From Nanobdellota archaeon (GTDB taxonomy: Archaea > Nanobdellota > Nanobdellia > Woesearchaeales > JAHWHD01): a DNA stretch of 50,872 nt. Where the stretch lies: NCBI GenBank assembly GCA_034722435.1, contig JAYENX010000005.1:1-50872 (forward strand), read 5' to 3'. The notes beneath the pieces were generated by a model that searched no databases, was not told where the DNA came from, and saw nothing but the letters and a program-made list of their open reading frames with translations. Both the position numbers and the translations under genes were made by a program. Below, one piece after another: positions 22,546 through 34,500 of the stretch (within the stretch, counting starts at the first letter, position 1; each line of letters starts with the position of its first letter).

Positions 22546-25500
22546 CATTTTATCTCTTCTTTTATTTTAACAACGTTCTCTATAATGTTTGCAGTCGGTT
22601 GTATACCTATATGTTGTATCTGCTGACTGACTAATACAGAACTTCCTACAGATATTTCTTTATACTCTTTAGCAATTTCAATAACTCTTTTGAAATCAAC
22701 AGGTCTTCCCCCTTCTGCAAAATCTGTTATGAGATCTGTTTTAGAATTTGGATGTATCAATTTTAGATTCGATTCTTCTGTTATTAGCTTATCTAAAGCA
22801 ACATCCTTTTTAAATGTTTTAATAATTTCTTCTAAATTATTAACTGGCTGATTATCGGATAATTGAACCACTAGTTGTTCTATGCCTACCCCTATAAGCC
22901 CAGACTCTTTAGGTTTATAGATTCCTTCTTGTTGGAATATCTTCTTTAATAATCTTATTTGTTCTGCAATAAACTCTTTTGCAAGTTCTTGGTCGTTTGG
23001 CGAAAGTTTACTAACTATGTTATCCATTTGTCCTTCAAACCCTTGTTCTGTTCTATATAGATGAGTTGTATCTAAACTTAGTTGTCTTTGATTTCTTATG
23101 GTTACATCTATGCCAGTTATTTCATTATTTGCTCCATAACTTCCATCACTCTGTACTCCGTATACGCATCCACCACTACACAATCTTAAGAAAAATGTGT
23201 TACCATAATCTTCGCTTCCCGCAGGTCTTTGATCTAATTGAAGTTTCACATCATTACCATATATTTCTTGCAATTTCTGTTCCAGACTAGGAATAATTGC
23301 CCTTAGAGTATTTTCACTTTGTAAAACGCCTGACTCGCTTCTTAGTAAGAAATCAAAATCCCCTGGCATTCCTTGGCTAGATGGAACATACGTGTGCGAA
23401 GCTGATGAACCCGTTGACCAAACTTCCGCAGTTGCAAATGCTGTACTTAATGTTTGATGTATTTTTGATTCTAAATCACTGACTCGTCCCTTACTAGCTT
23501 CAGTCAAAGTAACTGTTGAAAGCAAAGCACCAGATTCTTTAATAGGTGCCGATTTTATAATTTCTTTTTCAACTTGAACCTCTGCTCCTAATTCTTTATT
23601 AATCTCATTTTCTAAAACATTCATAATTTCTGGATTCGCATCTTGATAATATAACAATTCAATCCTTTTTTTGTCTGGATTATATTGTTCAATTCTCAGA
23701 ACAGGATTATCACTTTCAATATCTTCAACAGCTAACATTATTTTATTACGTACATCTAATATTATCCGTACTACACCATCCTTGGCCATACTTGCATCGA
23801 ACTCTAATCCTATCATCGGAAAACCGAGAAGTTCTTGATCGCCTTGCTTAATTTTCATATTGATTCCTTCTTGTCTAAACTCATATCCAGGTATTTGTAT
23901 GTTTCCATTTAATAATTTATCAAGAACTTTAGTTTTTAATTCAGATCTAATATTTTCCCCTACTAATATTCCTTTAGCATCTTCAAACGTTAGTTCATAA
24001 CTTGCTTCTTCAACTTGACCTTCTTTAATCATTGTTGGAACAAGCTTTCCTGCTTTTACAGATGAAATACTAAATTCTATTAGTTTCATTGCAGATGAAT
24101 CACTCATGGAAATTTTTGTTAAACTTCTTACTCTTCCAACACCGCCCCCTATTGGAATTCCATCATCAGTGGCTGTTTTATACACCTCCTCTAATAATTT
24201 ATTAAAATCTCCAAACTCGGCTATTAAATTTTGAACATCTTGTTCTCCAATATCTTTAATGTTATGCCTCGTAAATAAAGTATTAACCATTGCTACTTCT
24301 GCATTTACAGGATCAACAATATTTGATTGAAGATTTTGTTTTCCATTAATTAAACTTGTATCCAACATATCTTGATTTACTTGTCCGGTATTATCTTTTA
24401 CTAACTTAATTTCTTTAATCATGTCAAAGTCAATTAGTCCTTTAAAGTTTAATTCTCTATCTTGATATTTTTTAACTTGGCCAGGTGTTACATATCCTAC
24501 AACATTCTCAGGATTATAATCTTCAATTACAATTACTACTCCTACTTGATTATCTAATAAATTTTCAAGGGCGAACTTTTCAGCAACCTCATCAGAAATA
24601 GATGATGACATAAATACAGTATCTTCAGGGTCTTGTTGTACGTGCTCTTCAAAAGCTGCTCTCTCGCTACCTGCTTCAGCTCCTGCAATTGATTGAGCTT
24701 TTGCAATTCGTTGATCTACGAATCTCGAAATAATCTCAGGATTCGTAATACCTGTACCTATAAACGCTCTTGATGTTATAACGCCTTGATCAACTAATGT
24801 CTGCAATTCATTTAATGTTAGTCTCATACCTCTATACAATGTTTTTGGTTTTCTATATGTTAAATCTTGATTCATACCAAGCATCACATTATTTACAAGA
24901 CCGGCAGCACTTTCATCATCAAGATTTTTTATATTGTCAATTAATCCAGGATTAGCTTCTAACACTTTAACTTGTGATTCAATATCTAAATCTCTTAAAA
25001 TAGTAAACAATCTGTTGGCATTGGTAAGGTCTGTTGTATATAATCTCATACTTAAAATACTTAATTTTTGTACTGCCAAAATTTTTTCATCGATTTTTGT
25101 CCCTTTACCTTGTAATCTGTCCATAATATTTAATTTATTCTTTTCTTTTTCTAATTCTTCCAGCATGAAATTAAGCAAGGTAAACCTGCTACTTCCTGAG
25201 ATGTCTTCACCAACAATGAAATCAGGATGTTCAACTTTTTGTTGGGCCTGATAAGCTTCATAAGCCGCCTGCGTTTCAGCAGTTACAGGCACACCTCCTG
25301 CTCTTATCGCAATATGATTCACTGTTAACTCTTCATCTTTTCCTAGTAAAGTAACTATTCTTAAATCTGAAGGGATATCCCAGAGCTCTTCTCTTGTTTC
25401 AAAAATCTGTCCTTCTCCAATCATTCCTTTAAAATTGTCTGCAAGGAACGGTTTGAAACTATCATCAGGATTTTCTATGAACTTTGCCAATTTTCTCAAT

Positions 25501-28500
25501 CCCTGCGGAGCTTCTCTAAGTTTCTCAATACCTCTTCTTATTACAACAAATTCATCCTGTAATTCTAGTGGCACACCATCTATCTTCGCAATCGCTTCAT
25601 CGTACTTATCTTGTTGAAGTAACCGTCCTACTTCTGATGTGATATCGCTTATTACTTTATTTTTTGCAACTTCAAACGATTTATCGATAAATGATAATAA
25701 ATTTTCCATATTTGTTTTCAAATAAGTATAGTCTGCATCAGCCATTTCAGATTCTTGATTTAGATTATTTAATATATCTCGATAAATTTCAGTATTCAAA
25801 TATTGTTTAGGTATAAATTCAGGCATTACATCAAGTAAAGCATTAACAGTATCACTCATTTCAATAAAATCGCGTTTTGCTTGTTCTTCTTCAAGACTTA
25901 GCTCAGGTTCAAACACATCTGAAAACTTGAAAATATTAGGATTATTCTCTTGCATACTTGCATACAACCTTGATTCCTGTTCATCATTTGCTCTAGCAGC
26001 ATCTTTCGCATCCACTCTAGCAGCAACACCTTCTGCTGTATCAACACTAGGTAAATCAAGACCCTCTCTAGCGTTCGTAAGGAACATTATACCCTCCTCG
26101 GGTGTTGTCTCCAAAAGTTTTGCTTTTATCTTTTCATCTTCTGAAACTTCAGGTTTTTCAGCTTCTTCAAGTTTATCTTTTAATTCTTTACTCAACTCTT
26201 CATATATCTCAAGATCAGCCTCTAAATCATCAGTTACTGCCGGAAACTCGTCTTTGAAAAGCTCATTACTTCTATCTAAGGCCATTCTTTGAAATTTTGC
26301 AGCATCATCCCATAATTGTATCGCCTTATCCAGTTTACCTTGTCTATTCAATTCTGATGCTTCCTTGTTTAACGCATTAGCTTTTATTTCCAGATTTACT
26401 GCTTGTGAAAAAGAAAGTAATTCATTTAAGAAGAATTCTAAATCATTAAATTGTTTTACTAATCCTTGAACTTTACTGTTAAATTCTACTTCTCCGAATA
26501 TTTCTTTTAACCCACTATCTTCAAGTTTAGCACTTATGAAATCTTCTGCATTCGCATATCCAAGTTCCCCTGATGCAAGTTTTCTATATATTTCAAGTTC
26601 AGCATTGAACTGCGCAATTCCTTTGTCGGGGTCGATGTGATTTAATTTAATTAATTGTTTAGATACTTCATATGGATTAGGTAAATAACCTTCTGTAACC
26701 CCTCCTTCAAAATCAATAAGCCAAACATTTCCTTGTGAATCTTTAAGATAATTACCTATATTTCTATCAATAATATAATTTCCAAGTCCGTCATATATTT
26801 CAACAGGACTCGCAAGTAAAACTGAAACTAGTGACCCTGACACTTTCTTTACATCTGCTGAACTAACTTTTTGAAGATTTGGAATGTACCTTGAGAACAA
26901 ATATTTTGTTCCTTCAATCTCTCCGTATACTAAACCAGGACTTGCATATCCCATTAACCTTGAAAATTCAGATCCAAGTATTTCTCTACTCATTGTCTCG
27001 GCTATAGTTTCTTTACCTATCAACAAATCACCATTTTGGTCAATTATTAAAGGTCTTCTAAGAACTTTTCCTGCACGGCTATGTAAAAAGAAATATGCAC
27101 CATCTACTTCTTCAATTGTTCCAGATTCGATTCCTTGTTGTACCATTTCCTTAGCAATAGGGTTGGCGTTTATCTCTGCAGCAGAAGTTATCGGTTCTAA
27201 TTCTTTATAGTTTATTGGTTTAGAATATTTATCAATCAAATCTTCAAGTTCAGGTTTTTCTATAATCTCTTCTTCTATAACTGGTCCTTCTACTTCTCTT
27301 TTACTTAACTGAACAAACCTATTCATAAGATCTTCATGAACGCTAGTCTTTAGTTCATCCGGTAATGCCGAAAGATAATCAACCATTCCTGTCGCTTCTT
27401 CATTTGTTAAACCGTCTCCAATTAAATCAACTAATGAGGTTCTTATACTTCTTGAAAGAAGATAATCTGATTGTGTTCTTGCTGTTAATACTCTAGTAGC
27501 TGAAGCAAGCTCCATTTCAGGTACAATATTTTTATCCACTGCATTTGCAACTACTGATGGGAGATTCCTTACAACCTCTGGAGCATCTTCCCCGCCTATA
27601 AATTTAATTACTGTTTTAAATCCATTATCTGTTAATACTCCGTTTTCTTTATTTAATTCCTGTAACTTCTGAACAACAATGCCTCTTCTATAGTCTCGTT
27701 CAGCTCTAAACCAGTTTTCTTCAGGACCTTTATCGTCAAACTCCGAATACGCACTAGCAATTTTAGTTTTTACAAAATATCTTGCAGTTTCTAATCCTCC
27801 GCCTTGTTCAACTGGAAGCATTGCAATAGCTTGCGCAACAACAACAGTTCTTTCACTCACTCCTAGCCTTGGATCAAGTTCTATTTGTGTAAGACCTGAT
27901 AAAGCTTGTACTTCTTCCTCTATAGATGGATTTTCTTGATTAGCTAATACTTGTTCACCTAATATAAAATTAAATTCATCCTCTCCTTCAGGCTGACCTC
28001 TTTCATCCCATACATTTGCGGCAATTGGCTTTCTTAAGTCAAGCTCACCAACTTCAATTGCAGATTTTTCTTCTTGAGTAAACTTAAAACCTTGTCCTAT
28101 AAATATTGAGGAAACAGGAATTTTTTCTTCTTCTTTTCCTTCTTCAACTTCAACTTTTTCATCTACCTCAGGTTCAGCTTCTTTTTCTATTTCTTGTTCA
28201 GCTTCAGTATCTGCAGTCGTTTCAACTTCTTGCACGGCCTCTGGTCTGCTTAATGGCTCGCCAGAAGTTTCAATAGGTATATCATCTTTACCTGTCGTCT
28301 CTCTAGTAATTCTGGCAACATCTTGTATAGACTGGGCATCAAGCAACGACTTTTTCCCTTCTAATGAAGCGCTACCGTCTTGTAACTCGAGACTGATCAG
28401 TTTACCATCTCCTATCATATTATCTAATATCGCTAACGACTCAAACGATAATTTTGATCTGATATTCGCATAGTCTCCTTGTCCATTCCTTACATTTTTC

Positions 28501-31500
28501 AAGAATTCAAGAGCACTGTTTAATCTATCCTGTAGATATTCTTCGCTGCTTCTATAACTTTTAGCCCCTACTGTTAAATCTTGGCCAGCCTTTACTTGCC
28601 ATTTACTTAATAATTCAGTGACATGTCCAGGATCTGTACTCAGACCCACTGCTGCACGTTCAGCCGTGCCTATATCTCTTATGGCTCTTGTAACAATATC
28701 TGAATACGCCCCTTCAATACCTTTGAGATTATTTTCTTTTTGGATCTTTTGCTCGTTTTGTCTTGCAATTCCACCTTCTGCAACCATATCGGCTAACGAA
28801 GTTCCAGTATCTGCTCCTAAAATAATTAAATGTCCGTTTGAATATTCTTCGCCGAACAAATTCTGCGACACACCTTTACCTCTATCTCTTAACCTTGCTT
28901 GTTCAATATCTGTAAACGTCGAACTTCTATCAGCCACTACAAACATATCTTCTGCAGTACCTCTTATTGCCAGATCGGTTCCAACATCTCGTCCTTTCTC
29001 ATATATTTTAACCAATCTAGGTCCTGCTTCATAATTTCTTGAGTTAAGATAATTTTTAAGTTTCCCTATATCTTCGAAATTTTCTTTTGAAACTTCTGTA
29101 CCCGCAGCATCATATTTTACACTTTCATAATTTCCGTTAGCCCTTACAAATATAACTTCTGAAGGATTACCTTTACCGACTTCCAGTTCTAATATTTTAG
29201 CCACAGCTAAAGGATTTGCCACCCTATCAGATGCAACAACCCACGTATGGTCTTTATTTGAATCTTGAGCAAGCCCTTCTAAAGACATCCCATTAACATT
29301 ATTAGCAACATTACTATCTACAAACTTTTCTTTTCCGCCTAAGAAATCAGTTGCTGTCTCGCTTCTAGTACTAACTCCAAGATTTCTTGCAATTTGATTC
29401 TGTACAAGTTCAGGAGTTCCTGAAAAACCATATACTTCTGAAAAAACGTCTGCAACCATCTCTTGAGTGGTTGTCTGTCTACTATCTAAACTAACTCCTG
29501 CTTTGTTCCAATCTGCTTCACCAATTGTAGTTGGATCTGTTGCAATTGATTTTAAAACATCCCTGCCTAACAATTCATAAGCAACAACTTCAGCTACAGA
29601 ACTATAATGTCTTCCACTATCTCTACCTTTACTTCTTGGAACAACTTCTCCCTCTTGTATTCCGTAATCAGTTTCTGGAGTCTCTGATAATACTCTTTGC
29701 ATAATATTTAGCATATTAACATCTTTAGCTAAACTAGGATTATTTACAACTTCAAGTTTAATTAATTCTTCAAGGTCGGCATTTGCGGGAACATTCACAT
29801 TATGTTTCGCGGCGAGTCTTAAATATAATGCATTTCTAATATCTTCTCTTAACTCTAAATCTTTTTTATTATTTTCAGTAAGCATACTCTCTCTGTCCAC
29901 TATACCTTCAAGACCAACTTGCTTTGCCGCTGAGTCAAGTAACCCTTTCAAAGACTCACCAACAGCTTTTTGCTCTTTTCCATTTTCAAGACTATTTATT
30001 GATTGTCTTGCTCCTTCTGTCATAGAATATCTGCCCATTAATTCAAGAGTACTTTGAGCTTCATCAGCTATTAATGCACTCCCTTTTCCAGATTTAAGAT
30101 TATCAATAAATCTCTTAGATTGAGACGTGGTTTTTACAAATTCAAAAAATAAATCTGTGTCAGCAATTATCACATCAGAATCTCCTTTAGGGTTCGCAGA
30201 ATCAAATACTTCTGCCGTTAAACCTTGTTCTGTAAAGAATTCTAAATTTTTCCCAATTTCCGGGAGCAGCTCGCCCTCGACACTTCCTTTCTTGAACAGA
30301 AGAACAACTTTCTTCCCGCTCATCTTAGATTTTAAAGCTGCTGCAAATGGTATCATTACGGACGTTTTTCCAGAACCTGCTTTAGATTTGAATATTCTGC
30401 CGTCAGTTGTTAATGCTTCTAATATAATTTCTGCTTGATTATCATTTGCAGTGTAGGCTGCTCCGACTGCTTTTCTTTTAGCCACGGTTGCAGCTTTCAT
30501 AATTTTATTGGCAGTTTCTGTAAGTTTCTTTACACTCTCTGAAGCACTCTCTGAAGCTGTGAGGAAATCCCCTTTAACTTCAAATGTTCCATCTTCATTT
30601 TCAATTAGTTCAGGTTTTGCATCAGCTTTACTTATCACAACACTGCCTGTGTTTATAGAATTTCTTAACTGTGCAAACTCTTCTGAATTATAACTTTCAG
30701 TCACTTGTTCAGTTTCCACACTTGATTCATCCTCAAACATACTATCATATTCGAAAACATTTGCATTATTTATGCGACTCGCTAAACCTCCTGTTTGAAT
30801 ATAATCTCCTTTAGCTAGTTGCCTTAAACCATGTTTAGCTCTGAAACTGGATATTTTTGCAATTGCATCTCCTGTTTTCAAAGATATTAATCTTGCAGCA
30901 ACCCTATCAGTTGTAGCTGCAGGAACCTCAATTTTTATACGATTACTATCACTTAAATATAAATTATTGAACTTTTGTCTCAAAGTTTTCAGCCCGTTGA
31001 GAAGATCATTTACATCAATCTTTCCTGATTCATAATCGCCGCGTAATCCTGAAGCTTTTAATGCAATACTTTCTAAGTAACTTGAAGGGTGCATAGGAAG
31101 AACTTTATTATCTGGATCTCTCATACCCTGAATTTCTTTTTTAAATTCACGAACCTCTTCTTGTATTTCAGGACTTTTGAACTTATTTCCCGCCCAGTCA
31201 AGTAATCCATTATCAATAGTAACCTCGTGCTTAATTCTTGCTTTTATTTCCTCCATTGTATCTTTATTAATTTTTTCAGAAGCTACTGCCACTTCAGGAT
31301 TATTTAATTGAAGTTCAATCTGTGCATTATCTACAGTTTCAATATCAGACCTTAGAGTTGCAGGTAAACCTTTCTCTTCATCAACTAGAGCAGTTTCTTC
31401 TCCTTTAACTTCAAAACCTTTACTTTGTTTTTCTTGCAATATTTTTCTTATTCTTGCAATATTATCAAGATTTGCTGCAAGTATACTTTTTTTAGCATCA

Positions 31501-34500
31501 AGGTTAGGATTATTTTCTGCATTATCCGCGGCCCTTTGTAGATTTGTAAGTTCCATATCTATTTTATTATTCAATCTTGCTTCATCAGCTTTTGTAGCTT
31601 CGTCCCCTGTTAAAGTTCTTGTTTGATCTTGTAATTGCATGTCTAGTTCAGTCATGGCATTTACATATCTGCTGAACCCGTCTCTACCTTCAGCAACTTT
31701 CTGAGTTTCATCTTGTTGCAACTTTTCTTTATTTTGTTCAAGTTTTTGTGCTTTATCATCTAACAAAGCTTTGTTCTGTTCCAAAGCTACAACTTTATCA
31801 TTTTCTCCAGCATCTTTTGCAGCATCAATTTGGGTACTAAGTTGGTTTACTTTACGATTATTATCTTCAATTAACTCATCAACTAACCGTTTATTTTCGC
31901 TTTCCATTTGGAATAATCTCTGCGTTCCCTGTTTAAGTTCCTGAAGTTTTTGTGTGAATTCATTACCTGTAGAAGTTGCTGCTTCACTTTCAAGCTGGCT
32001 AATTTCTTGTTCAAGATTTCTTGCAACTTTATTTTCCCATGCAATTTTTGCTTCGGCAGATGTTGCTACAGCTAAACTATTTGCTACCCCTCTTAATGTT
32101 GAACCGTCCCCTTGTCTGAAATTATCGAGTAAAGTATCTCTCTTAAACAATGTTTCAGAACTTGTTTGAAGATTTTTCATTCTATCATATTTTATACCAT
32201 CTACCGTAACAGTTTCAACATATGAGTATCTATTATTTACGGGGTCCGAATAAACTTCGCCACGTTTCAGAAGTATGGTTTCTTCACTCTTATCATTATC
32301 TCTGTCAGCGATTCTGTCGCTAGCTTCAAGGATGTCCTCGTTTAATTTCTGTGTTGCATCATCAACTGTCTTAAAATTCTGTTCAATCAAAATTTTCTTT
32401 TTAAGATTTAGTAAGTTTTGTCTGTTATAAAGCGCATTCACATCTTGAGTTAAAGCATTAATCTCTACATTTAACGAAAATAACCATTGCGCTTTTTGTT
32501 CATCATTAAGATCATCTCTTTTTTCAACTGATTCTTTATCAAGTTTAAGTTCAACCAGCCTTTGGTTCAAATCATTTATTTCTGCATTTCCTGCGTCACC
32601 TTCCCTTCTAGCTTCCCTTATTTGTTTTACTTGGGTAAGGTGCTCATTTTCCGCATCATCTAATTCTTCTCCGTTATCTACTTTTTGCAGAAATTCTTGT
32701 TCAAATTCTAAAGCTATTGCATAACTCTCTGCATCTTCAATTTGTTTATCAACGCTATTAATTCCCCTCTCAGCCTGTTTGAGTTTTTCCTGGTTTTCAT
32801 CACTTGGATTCTTCTTAAACTCTTCTTCCGCATTATTTCTTTCTTCTTCTCTTAGTTGTCTTTTATTATTTAATTGTTCTACCCTATTCTTTTCATATGC
32901 TAATTCTGCAGAAGAAATATCTCTATCTATTGAAACAGTATCGTGCCCTTTTATTTTTTCAGATTCTCTTTGTTTTTCTAAAGATTTAAGTTCATTTAAT
33001 CTTCTACTAGTTTCAAAATCTGTAGCAGCAATTCCATCTCCTTCATCTTGTGCAATCTTTGCCTGTTGAGAATTAATATCTGCTAACTTTTGATAATTTT
33101 CACTTTGCCCACTTAACTTTTCTGCAATCTTTGCTTTTCCTCTTACAGTGTCCGCATCTTGTTGTACAGTTTGTCCAATTGCTGATTGTTCACTTTGTAT
33201 TTTTATTACTAATTCATCTTTAGAATTTTGAAGATTCTCTTTAAATTCTTTAGCCAGTCCTTTTTCTTTTGCCTGTTCATAAACTTCATTATCGATAACT
33301 ACAGGACTTATTCCTGCTGCCGCCAATTCTACTCTATTATCTTGACCTTTTATATTTTGTATTGCTGCCTGCATATCTCCTAAGAACATGTTGTTAAGGT
33401 CGTGACTAACAATACCATTAGTAACAAATTTGGCTCCGCTTTTCAGTTCGTTCATTACAACGGCAGGATCCGCGCTAATTCTTACACTAACACCATTTGT
33501 TCTTTGTAACATTGCATCTCCATACACACCGCTACTTATCCTGGTATTATGTGTACTTTGAGCATTTCTTTTAACCTTAACATCACTATTTAATTTAATA
33601 TCAATATCAAATTTATCCCCTTTTAATTGCTTATAAAAATTAACCAAATCATCGCCTATACCATCACTTCTTGCACCGGGTTTTCTATCAGACCTTATGG
33701 TGATGCCTGCTTGAGATATTGCTTGCTCAGCAATATCTTCCCAAACTTCGTCCCATGCTTCGCCTGTTGGACTAAGCCATTCTTTAGGATTATAAAAAGT
33801 TGTAGAAAATTTCATATACTGTTTTAAACCTTCTGTCCATGCTTGTTTAGATGTTAGTTGACCGGTTAAAGAACTAACCGTTGGCACTTCAGCAACTCCT
33901 ATATATTTAGAAAGTCCAAGTTTCGCACCAACTGAACTATGTGCGAGCCATCTAACAGGTGTAGAGAACGCATAAAGCTGAGCCATTGCACCAACGCTGC
34001 CCGCAGTCTGTTCAGCTATACCTTTCATACCTTCAAAATTATCTTGCCAGTCAAGGGTATTCTGTAAACTATCATCTACTCCTTTGTATTTTTCAGGGTT
34101 TAACAAAGCAGCATCTTTAGAAAATTCTCTAGCAGATGTATAATCTTTATACACTAAAGCTTCATGTACTTTTGACATTTGAAGATCTGCAAGTGTACGC
34201 TTTTTATACTGTTCAAGTTCAGACCTTTTTTGTTCAATATCGGATTCAATATTTTTTCTTTGAGGGTCGTTTACTGAAAGCGATGCCAAGTTTTTAATTT
34301 TATCAGATATACTTTTTTCTTGTATTTGTATGCCTTGGTTTCTTGAAAACTCTCTATAACTTGGGTTAAGCATCATTGCTTTTTCATGTAAAGCTTTCAA
34401 ATCAGTATTTGCGATATTTTCCCCTTGTCCACGCGCAATCGCAAGTTCTTCTTTATTATTTTGTAATTCAATTATGAGTGAACTTTTATCTTCAAGAGCT

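Noticed and set aside
28500-30450. A housekeeping secA gene
   Set aside because: It is an internal domain of a 5427-aa ORF with divergent motifs, not a standalone gene
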